NCBI RefSeq assembly: GCF_963921235.1
Contig: NC_086097.1
Span: 94,924,001 to 94,988,000, forward strand
DNA length: 64,000 bases
From: Mobula hypostoma
Lineage: Eukaryota
Direction of reading: 5' to 3'
The notes below the pieces were generated by a model. That model saw only the letters and a program-made list of their open reading frames with translations. It was not told the origin of the DNA and searched no databases. How positions within the stretch are numbered: the first letter of the stretch is position 1; every line of letters begins with the position of its first letter. Below, piece after piece: positions 38,901 through 50,900 of this stretch. Made by a program: the position numbers and the translations under genes.

Positions 38901-41900
38901 AATAAGGTCAAAATAACTGTCCCAGTGGAGTGAAGATTTAGCTGCTGGGATTTAACACGGGGGACAGCAGCACTAGCTCTGCAATTCTGGCTGATAAGTT
39001 AAGGATTCAGTGACAATGTAAAACTAGCATTCATTCAGCAAGAAAATGTCGATGACATTACAGAGGACAGCAACAAACACTGGAGGCCCCCGTGTGAAGG
39101 AGATGGTTTAACAAAAGCAGGGATTAACCCCAGCTGTTTACCTGGTATGGGGTCATCCCTATAGCATCACCGAGAAGGAACGTGAGAGGCCAGTGACTGA
39201 ATAACCATAGTGTAAGATGAGCCACAGGGCAACGCATATTACACGTTTCTGAGTGTATACCCGGTGCATGAACTCACTTGAATGTTGGTAAATGTGTGGA
39301 CAGTCTGAACATAAACAGTAAGTCCTCTGTTATTACAATTCATGGTAAACTGAATGACAGCACTAGCCTGTCTAACAGTGGGTTACTGGTGTAATTCAAC
39401 TGCTCATCTTAAGTTAGTAGAATAGCTTTGACCAAGCCTGGGACAACTGCTAACGTCTGGATACAAACTCCCAATAAAAGTATCAGGACAGCAATTATAG
39501 ACAGGAATCCAGACTGAATCCTCCACCTCCAAACACACAGGTCACGGAGTTCCAGTGTTAGGTTTGCCCAGAAAAACTGGGAGGAGAAGAATGAGGTCTG
39601 CTATTGAAGTGTTTCTTGCAGGTGAAAAAGCGGAATGAATGGTAATTATTTGGACATGGCTGATCCCATAATCTGCCCAGAATTCACTGCCCTCTCTTAG
39701 CTAGGGGCAGCTACTATAAGGCAGGCCATCCCAAGGACACGAGCTTCCCGATTAAAGCGGGCCAGCAGCTCATCCAGTTCTGAGTCACACTGGCCATTGC
39801 TCAGCATACAAAGGACTCTGCAACAACCCAAGACTGAGCCACCACACATCGTAGTAGTGACACAGGTGGAGCTGCTGTCTCACAACACCAGAGACCAAGC
39901 TTCAACCCTGACTTCAGATGCTATCCATGTGGAGTTTGCAGGTTCTCACTGTGACTGTGTGGGCTTTTTTGAGTGCTCTGGTTTCCACCCACATCCCAAA
40001 GATGTGTGGTTTGGTGGGTAAATCAGCCATTGTAAGTTACCTCTAGAGCAGGGGTCCCCGACCTTTTTTGCTCCGTGGACTGGTTTAACATTGATAATAT
40101 TCTTGCGAACCGGCCGACCGGGGGTGGGGTTTGTTCAAGTAGGGTTAAACTCACCTCAACATGTCTTTTACAGTTAGGGTTGCCAACTTTCTCACTCCCA
40201 AATAAAGGACAAAAGTAGCAGTCAAATCCCGGGACACTTGTGTTTACCCCAGGAAAGACTACCATGACCACGAAGCCTTGCGCAGGCATATGACATGCGT
40301 ATGCGTGTACGTGCCGATTTTTTTCCACAAATTGGTTTTGGGTTAATCTTCCCAGCTATACTGTACATACATTATTTCTACTTTATATAGGCTGTGTATT
40401 TATCATATCATTCCTGCTTTTACTATATGTTAGTGTTATTTTAGGTTTTATATGTTATTTGGTAGGTTATTTTTTGGGTCTGGGAACGCTCAAAAATTTT
40501 TCCCATATAAATTAATGGTAATTGCTTCTGGGCTTTATACCATTTTGGCACGAAAGGTTTCATAGGACCGCTCTACCTTAGCGGGAGAAATACGGGACAA
40601 GGGCGGTCCCGTATGGGACAAACCAATTTAGCCCAATATAGGGGATGTCCCGGCATATACGGGACAGTTGGCAACCCTGTGTTCAAGTTTAACAGTGTGT
40701 GACAGGGAATGAGGAAAGGTGCAGCTGACTCATATCGTTTCCTCACGGCCCGGAAGCACATGCTTTGCGGCCCGGTGGTTGGGGACCGCGGCCCTAGGGT
40801 ATGGGATAGTTGTATGATCTGTGGGAAGTTGATGGGAATGTAGACAATTAAAAATGGAAATAAAGTAGGACTGGCATAAATGGGAGTTTAGGAATAAATG
40901 GAGTAGGTGGTCTGAAGGATCTTCCCTTGTACTGTATCTCTCTACAAACTACATCCTTGGGAACAGCCAACCCTCATCCTTTGCAATCCAGTGGCAGGAC
41001 CATTTATCTGATGTGGCGCAGGGCATTGCCTGTTCCCTCTGGCCAAAGAAGATTGCGAATGTCACCAGTGTGAGATAGGTGTGGCAAGATCAATGTGATC
41101 AACAGTTTACACCAAAACCATGGCCCTTAAAGTGACCACTGCAAACTGACCCCCAAAATGTTAGTTAGGTGCTATTTAACTCACAGAGACTGGGAAGGTT
41201 CCTTTAGAGGTACAAGCAGCTGATGGCCACCACCCCTAACACCATGTAATCACCTTCCTGTAACCACTCCCTGTTTGTGAGAGCTATTCCACCAAAAGCA
41301 CATCAAAATGTTGCCCTTCACAATACTTCTGACTTGAGTTACAAAGAGGTTCTTAATCAACACCGTTCACCACCAGCCCTTTCTCTGACCTGAGAGAGAA
41401 GTGCAGCAGCCTCCCTTAAGTCCTAATGAGAAAGAGGGTAGACCTTCGACTTAGCTAATTACTTTAGTATGCATCCACAAGCTGAATCATTATAATTGGT
41501 TTGAGATTTATTTTAAATGGAAAGCCCAATGTGTCAGAGTTTGAGTCCTAAATAAAAGTTAGCAGTAGGATGTGCCTCATATTTGGCCACGGGCAATTCT
41601 TCAGTGATACAACTCAGATTCATTCATGTCACGACGAATTTGACCACAACACGAGTCCTAAGCTAGTTCTTTCAAATGTTGTGCTGTCTTGGCATGGCTT
41701 CCTAGATGAATAATTCAGGGTGTTCCTGTTCTCTGTGATTCAAATAGTCCTCCATTTGGCAATCAGCATCACCAGGCAAGGATTAATACTCTCTGGTCGG
41801 GTGATCAGAATAGTAGTACAGTGGGTAAATGTTGATCAGATCCTGCATTACTCAAGGCTTGGCTTGAGTTAGCACTAAGAGGTCTCTGCCAGAGTTGTGG

Positions 41901-44900
41901 CTGATGGAGCTACGAACTCTGATAGGCTGAAGTCCAGGGTCTGTTCCCTCACTCTGAGAACTGCTTCTGTCATCTTCACCTGTGGAATAGAGTTAGAGGA
42001 AGCAGTTAATCAGGTGTCTAATTATTGAATTGCAGCCCATCATCACTATCACTGCCATATAACTGGAGGAGCTGCCGCTGTGTCACTGAGTAGGTCCTAG
42101 TCTCTCAAAAACAGGAATTGACTAGGTTAAGTTCTCATTCCATGTCAGGAAGCCATTCCCAGGAGGAATACTGCAATAATGGTAGATTTCATATTATACA
42201 GCTGATAGAACGATACTGGAAGAAGAGAAAATAAAAATAAGTACCAAGAAATGAAGAGACACCAATGAGGTTTAGTCTTTGGACATCAGTGAGGATGGAA
42301 GCATGGTGATTGGACTCACATTGAGGTTTGCTATGTGGTGTCTAGACTCTCACTGAAGGTTAATGGTGATTATATTTGTGGAGACTGGACTCACATTGAG
42401 GTTTGGTGTACAGTAACTGGACTTTGCTGAGGTCTAATAAGACCATAAGATATAGAAGCAGAAATAGGCCATTTGGCCCATCAAGCTGCTCTGCTATTCA
42501 ATCATGGGCTGATCCAATTCTTCCAGTCATCCCCACTTCCTGCCTTCTCCCCATACTCTTTGATGCCCTGGCTAATCAAGAACCTATCTATCTCTGCCTT
42601 AAATGCACCCAATGACTTGGCCTCCACAGCCGCTCGTGGCAACAAATTCCACAGATAAGTTGAACTGATGTGTGGAGACTGGATTCCACTGAGGTTTGGG
42701 GCATGGTTATTGGACTCATTAAGGTGATTGGATTCGTGTGGTTTGGTATCTGGTGAATGAAATCAATTTGAGGTTTGGGGCATGGTTATTGGAATCATTA
42801 GGGTGATTGGATTCATGTGGTTTGGTATCTGGTGACTGAAATCAATTTGAGGTTTGGGGCATGGTTATTGGACTCATTAAGGTGACTGGACTTGCGTGGT
42901 TTGGTATCTGGTGACTGGAGTCACTGTGAGGTTTGATGTGTGGTGACTAGCCTCTCTCGGAAGATTGGTATGTGCTGATTGGATTCCAGTTTAGGATTTG
43001 TGTGTGGTGAATGGATTCCATTGAGGTTTGGCATGTGATTGAGGCTTGGTGTGTGCTCATTGGAGTCCACTTCGTTTTGGTGTGGGGGTGACTGAATGCC
43101 ATTGAGGTTGATGTGGTGAATGCACTCCATTGAGTTTGGGTGTGCGCTGATTCGAGTCTGCTGAGGTTTGGTGAGGGGCAGATGGAATCCCTTCTACATT
43201 AAGGACCCAGTTTCTTTATTTTGTTAATGTGAACCACTCTACACATATGCATTGCATCTTGTTTACATTCCCATGTTGTTTGGTGTCAGGGTATGACCAC
43301 ATCACCCCATCAAATGTAAACCTCTTCTGTATGATTCAGTGAAAGTCTGGAAATCGCCATTTCTCTTGCACTGAATGTAACTTATTGTGCAGTTGTTGTT
43401 TAATTATTTAATGACAGGCCTTCAAGAATGCAAATGTTAATTTTCAGTCAATCCCCTATCCGTGCTCTGAATTAATCAAATGTTTACTTTTAAATCTATT
43501 CATAACGCTAAAAGTCAATTAACACAAGGGCCTCAAATCACATTTGCCACCAATGTTAAAAGCATGACCTCATTTTTGGCGTTCCCCCAAAGTCTACTTA
43601 AGCTTTACTGCAAAACAGGAACTCTGAACATTAACAGTGACAAGCCCTCAGTCTGGTGAAGAAACAGGAACTCTGTGTAGCTAAGCTCAGTAACCCTTGC
43701 CCTGCCAGAGAAGCAGGAATTATAAGCAGTTACACACTGAGCAAACCCCACCCTGCTAAACTAACAGGAACTCTATACAGTTCATGTATGAATCAAGGGA
43801 GAAGGATTGGGGTCAGTATCTCTGCTAACTACAGATAATGTAATGGCAATAGAAATAAAGGAAAATAACAATATTAACACTGAATACCATTGAACAGGGT
43901 GAACAGCATGAACATTGTGAAGGATCTACATTGGGTCCGATGCACTGATACAATCATGAAGAAGGTATGCAGTCTCTTCGTTTTGTTAGGAGTTTGAGGA
44001 AATTTTTACAAATTTCTACAGATGTATAGTGGAGAGCATTATGATTGGTTGTATGGTATAGAGATACAAAAGCACAGGATCACAAAGAATTATGATGGAT
44101 TTTAGACTCAGCCAGCTCCACCAGGGGTACAATCCTTCCAGCTAATGAGGATACCTATAAGAGGAGATGCCTGAAGAAAGAAGAAGGACCCTTACCACCT
44201 AGGACATGCTCTCTTCTTGTCACTACCATCAGGGAGCAGATACCCACACTCAAATAGCTTCTTTCCCTCTGCCATCAGATTTCTGAATGGTCCATGAATT
44301 CAAGAAGATGATCTCGTTATTTTGTTTTCAATATATATTTATGTTTGTAGTTTTATGATAATTTTATGACTTTGCACTATAGTACTGCCAAGAATTAACA
44401 AATTTAATGTCATCCAAGTGGAATAAACTTGATTTTAAAAAATCAAAACCCACATGAATTAAGACAGGATTAGATGGAACTAACCAGGTTGGTTGTATTT
44501 TACACAGACCACCTAATAATAGAAAGAAATGTTTGCTAAAGTCATGAGTAAAATCATTGACCTAGGAATTGAAAATGTTTGAAATATTCAACAAGCCCAG
44601 TATCATTCTGTGGAGAGAGAAACAGTGCTTCACAGCAATCAATGTTCATAAGGGGTCATTGACCTGCAAGTTTAATTCTGCTGGTATCTCTATAGATGTT
44701 GCCAATACTATTGAGTGTCTCCAGTGTATTTGTTTTTATTTCAGCTTTCCAGCTTCTGCTGTTCTTTAGTTTTCATTCAGACCCAGAAATAATTTTGTGC
44801 TATAAACTTGAGAATAAAACTGAATTGGGTGAAGCAAGATAGGTTTGGTGTTTGGGCCTCCCACACCAATACTCCATTGTATGTATCTGAAAGCTGAAAC

Positions 44901-47900
44901 AAAACTGGCCTCCCTCGAAATTTGCTCAGTAAACATCCAATGGCAAGTAGGTACTTTATTAAATATCTTCACAACATAACTTATAGGGCAAAGACAAAAA
45001 CAAAAGTAGCAGATTGGAAACAAGTTAATAGTGAAGGAGAGAGAACAAGGGAAGATAAACCGTAAAGAAAAAATATTGACAGACAAGGACAGAAAACCAA
45101 TGAAAAATGTTTAAGATGTCTCAGAGTTCACAAGAAATTGACTTTGAATCGGGATGAAGACAGATGTGAGAAGCAGAGGAACATCTGGAGAAATTTCTGA
45201 AATGCCTGGTTCGCTGCCGCTGCTACTGTGCGATCGAGAATCTCCGGAGGAAAGGCCCCAAGATCCCCAGCTTTGCCTGCTGCTGGCGACCAAGGCGGAG
45301 GTCGAAGCATTTGGCAGAGATGGTACTCGGTGTCGGAGGGCTGATCAGAGCTCGAAGTTTTCGGACGACTCGGAGTTGGACTGTGGTTGGGCATGGCAGG
45401 GAGAGTTTTCTTCTTTCTCCCGTCTGCGTGAGGTGTGGGACTTTCGAGAGACTTTGAACTTTTTTACTGTGCCATGGCCTGTTCTTCATCAAGTTATGGT
45501 ATTGTTGCACTGTTGTAACTATATGTTATAATTATGTGGTTTTTGTTTTTCAGTCTTGGTCTGTCCTGTGTTTCTGTGATATCACACTGGAGGAATATTG
45601 TATCATTTCTTAATGCATGTATTACTAAATGACGATAAAAGAGGACTGCGTGTCCTTATAATCTAATCTAATAATATGAGTGCAGTTCCCCTTTAAGAAA
45701 ATGGAAGCGTGGATGCTGAGGCGGTCTGCAGGTACAATTGAAACGCAAGGCTTTGGACTCCACTCCCGACTATCCTGCTGCCGAATGTAGTCTCTGGAAA
45801 ATAAAACTGAAGTCCTCAGAACAAGACTGCAGTGCCAGAGGGGCATCAGGGACTTCTTCAGGGAAAAATAGCACACCGGTGCCATTTCAGCAGCCCGATG
45901 GCTTCACCATTCTCCACAAATACAGGTAAGATCAGTCTTTTGGAGGTAGAGGAAGTGGAGCACGCTTTATGATTAATTCATTGTGGTGCACATACGTGCC
46001 TGTTCTGTCTCAGTCCTGCTCACCCGATCAAATGTCATCTATTTTATCTGCTGAGGGAGTACTGCACCATCATCCTGGTAGTGGTGTACATTCCAGCTCA
46101 GGCCAATGTCAGACAGGCTCTGGAGGAGCTGAGCACTGTAATCAGCAGTCATGAAACCGTGCCTTCCCTATTATTGCACGGGATTTCAACCAGGCCAGCC
46201 TGAAGAAGTCTCTGAGCAACTACCACCAAAGTATTACCTGTGCAACCAGAGAAGCCAACATACTTGATCACTGTTTTACCACCATCAAGAACACTTGCCA
46301 AGTCATCCCATACCCACACTTTGGAAAGTCCAATCTCCTGGCTGTACTGTCACTCCTGGGTAGTGACTAATGACCACAACACCAGTGGTGATAACCAAGA
46401 AGATAGGGTCAAGGGAGGTGGAGGAGCACTTACAGGACTGCTTTGAGACTGTGGACTAGACTGTATTCAGGGATTCATCTTTGAATCTGAATGAATATGC
46501 CAAAGTTGTCAATGACTTCATCAAGGCCTGGGTGGATGAGTGTGTGCCTTTGAAAACATACCGGATATACCAAACCCTAAAGTCTTGGGTGAGCTAGCAG
46601 ATTTGTAGTCTGCTGAGAGCTAAATCTGTGACACTCAAGATTGCTGATCCAGAATTATAAAGGAAGTCCAGGTATGACCTATGAAAGGCTACTTTAAAGG
46701 TGAAAAAACAATTCCGATTGAAGTTAGAGATGGAATCAGATGCTTGTCAGCTCTGGAAGGGTTTGCAGGCCATTATTTCCTACAAGGCAAAACTTAACAG
46801 TGATACTTCACTCCTAGATGAGCTGAATGCCTTTTAGGCTTGCTTTGAAAGGGAGAATAAAACTACACTTGTTTGAATCCCTGCAGCATCTGGTGACCTT
46901 GTGATCTTTAGTATCAAAAGCTGAAGTCAGAACATCTTTCCAGAGGGTGAAGCCTCACAAGGCTTTATGCCCTGATAGTGTACCTGTTACGGCACTGAAA
47001 ACCTGTGCCAACCAACTGGTGGGAGTGTTCAAGGACATCTTCAATTTCTCACTGCTGCAGTCAGAGGTTCCCAGCTGCTTCAAAAGGACAGCAATCATAC
47101 CAGTGCCCATGAAGAGCAGGCTGAGCTGCTTGAACGACTATCACCCAGCTGCACTCTTGTCTACTGTGATGAAGTACTTTGAGAGGTTGGTCATAGCTGG
47201 AATCAACTCCTGCTTCAGCAAGAACCTGAACTCGCTGTAATTTGCCTACTATCGCTTTAGATTTACAGCAGATGTAACCCAACTGGCTTCCCACTCGGCC
47301 TTGGATCACCTAGACAATAGCAATACCCCTATGTCAGGCTGTTATTTATTGATTACAGCTCAGAGTTCAACACAATCGTATCTTCTGTTTTAATCAACAA
47401 ACTCTCTGTACCTCCTCCTGCAACTGGATCTTTGATATCCTCATCGGGAGACCACAGTCAGTGAGGATTGGAAATAACATCTCCTTGCTCAGAACATGTC
47501 AAGGTTGTGTGTTTAGACCACTGCTCCACTCTCTCTACATCCATAATTATATGGCTAGGCACAGCTGAAATGCCATCTATAAATCTGGTGATGACACAAC
47601 TATTGTTGGCAGAATTTCAGAAGATGACAAGGAGGCGCACAGGAGTGAGATAGATCCACTGGTTGAGTGGTGACGCAATGACAACCTTACACTCAATGTC
47701 AGCCAGACCAAGGAATTCACTGTGGACTTCACGGGAAGTCAAGGTAACACACACCAGTCCTCATTATGGTTTCTAGTGGAAAGGGTGAGCAGTTTCAAGT
47801 TCCTGGGTGTCAACCTCTCTGAAGATCTATTCTGAGTCTAACATATTGATTCAATTACAAAGAAGGCACTCACCACAGCGACTATATTTCATTAGGAGTT

Positions 47901-50900
47901 AGAGGAAACTTGGTATGACACCAAAGACTCTCGCAAATTTCTACAAGTTACCGTGGAGAGCATTCTAACTGGTTGCATCACCATCTGGTATGAAGGGGCC
48001 ACTGCACAGGATCGGAAAAAGCTGCAGAAAGTTGTAAATGCAGGCAGCTCCATCATGGGCACTAGCCTTCCCTGCATCGACGACACCTTCAAAAGGCAAT
48101 GCCTCACGAAGGTAGCATCCATCATTAAGGACTCCCAACACTCAGGGCATGCCCTCTTCACATAGTTCCCATCAAGGAGGAGGTACAGGTGCTTGAAGAG
48201 ACACATTCAACATTTCAGGAACAGCTTCTTCCCCTCTGCCATCAGATTATTGAAAGGATAATGAACCCATGAACACTACCTCACTTTTTTTGCTCCCTTT
48301 TTGCATGACTTACATAATTTAGCTTTTTACTGTATATGTTGTAATTTATAGTTTAAAAATATTATATATTGCAATGTACTGCCGCAACAAAAGGACAAAT
48401 TTCACAACATATGCTGGTGATATTAAACCTGAAGCTGACTCTACATCACGATGTGACTTGGAGGACAACCTCTGTTGTCATGCATATGATTCTTTTACCC
48501 TGTCGGGGATGTGCTGCCATATTAGCCCTGAGTGTTTTGTAGATGCTTCACACTCCAGGCACCGTGCGCTGGTGGTATAGAGAATGGATGTTTAGGGTAG
48601 TAAATGATGAGCCAATCAAAAAGGCTGCCTTACCCTAAATGGTGTTGCCCTTCTCAAGAGATGTTGGCGCCGCATTCATCCAGACGTATTTCACCAACCT
48701 CCATATCTGTACTTTGTACATAATGGAAATGCCTGAAGTTGTCAGGGAGTGAGTCACTCTCCACAGCTCGTAACCATGATATTTATGTGGTTGGTCCATT
48801 GAATCTCTGGTCAGCGGTAACTCCAGCCCCCATTCTCCAGGATACTGATTGTGGGGTAATGTCAAGGATAGGTGGTCTCTCCTGTTGGAGATGGCATTTA
48901 CCTGTCACTTCTGTGGTACTAATATTACTTTGTGCTGATCAGCCCAGGCTTGAATATTGTCCACTTCCTGCTGCATGCAGGCATAGGCTTCTTCCTTTGC
49001 AGAAGAAACTTAATTTGAACATTGAACAAATGAAAATGAACATCATGTAATCATTAGCAAACATCCCCACTTCTGACACTGTAACTGAAGCAGATGAAGA
49101 TAGTTGAGTCTAGGAACCTGTTCAATCTGACCCAGAACTTGAGGGGTGGTGGGGGAGGCACATTAATTGATGTCCACGAGCTACAGACACCTTCCTTTGT
49201 GTCTGGATGACTCCAAACTTGGCGTGTCTTCCCACTGGTTCCATCGATTGCAGTTTTACCAGGGTATTTTGAATTGGTCAGATGCTACCTTGATGTCAAG
49301 GGCACTCACTTGCACCTCTCCTCCGGAATTCACCTGTCTGATCCACAGGATCACACCTGATTGGAAAAAACTGTAGAAAGTTGCAAACTCAGCCAGCTCC
49401 ATGAAGAGCAATAGTCTTCCCAGCATTGAGGACGTCTTCAAAGGGCGATGCACTGTAAATGGCATTTTCCTGATTAGGTGTGGATTAACTGGATTGGATT
49501 TGTGAACAGGACCTACTTGTGCAGCTTTCAGCATTGTCAGGCAGATACTGATGTTGTAAGTGGTCTGGTTAGAGCTGAAGCTCGTTCTGCAGCACAGGTT
49601 GTGCAACTTTTACCACTCAATGCATTTCTGGGAAGAGAAACCTTCAGGCTAGTGTGTACTTTCTGTGAAGAGTGATTTGAAGATTCAGTCTTGTTACTGA
49701 ATTATATAGAGGCGCTCAGTATTGCAGTGTCAGCTGTGATTCACTACCCACAAATGAATCAGCAAGACAGAAAGTCGCGTTTTCAAGAGGAATGAGCGAT
49801 ACTTTCGGCTGACCTTCCTGTCCATTACTTTTCATACCGTTAGGGAGGTGTCATTTGAATGGAAACAACAGAACTTGGAACAGTGGAATATGGGAATAGT
49901 CCCTCCAGACCACCAGGTCTGTGACAACCATGATCTCAATCTCAACTAATCAAACCAACCTCTGTTCCCTGTTTGCTGATGTGTCTATCTAAATGCCTCA
50001 TAAATGCTGCCCTCATATCTACCAACTCCTCTGTTCTCTGTGTACAAGAGAAGTCTTACACACACCTCCTTCAGACGTTTCGTCTCTCACTTAAAGTTAT
50101 GACCTATAAGTATATGACATTTCCATCCTAAGAAAACATTTCTGCTATCTACTCAATCTACTGTAGTGCCTCTGAAAATTTTGTTTCTCATGATACAGAA
50201 CATTGCTGTCATGTGTTCTGTTGTATGACGTGGGCGATCATGATCTTTCCATGACCATGATTGCTCTTGCCCAAATTTTTCTACGGAAGTAGTTTGCCAT
50301 TACCTTCTGGGCAGTGTTTTAACAAGATGGGTGACCCCAGCCATATCTACTCTCTTCAGAGATTGCCTGCCTGGCATCAGTGGTTGCATAACCAGGACTT
50401 GTGATACGCACCAACTGCTCATACGACCATCCACCACCTGCTCCCATGGCTTCAATCAGGCTAAGCAGGTGCTACTCCTTGCCCATGGCTGTCCTGTAGG
50501 GTAGCAGAGGGAAGGAGCGCCTTCTACATCCTTTGGTAGAGACATATCTCCAATCTGCCACCCACATACAGTATATACACAGCAAATAACATTGTCGCAT
50601 TTGAGTATTTGGAAAAGAAGGTTGAGGATGAAGAGCATTCTGGGCCCAAGGACTGACCTCAGAGCCCACAAGCTATACCAGAGGATATGAAGATTTGGGA
50701 ACTGGAGCAGTTATGGGATTTCTCTGATGGGTCATATTGTGATTATGTGGATGTATTGGCACGATTGTGGAGCAGTCCACACTCATTCAGACATATAGCA
50801 GGAAAACAGGCTCTTCAGCCCACTGAGTCTGTGCTAACCATCAGGCACCCAATAAACACTAATTTTTGTCACAGTCTCATTAACTTCGCCTCTGCCCCCC

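Noticed and set aside
39622..39641. Plus-strand 20-nt microexon-like segment (ttcttgcag|...|gtaatt)
   Set aside because: Isolated; no compatible plus-strand exon chain found.
42691..42925. Regularly spaced repeats resembling a CRISPR array
   Set aside because: Whole 79-bp units repeat with no unique spacers, the context is eukaryotic, and there are no cas genes.
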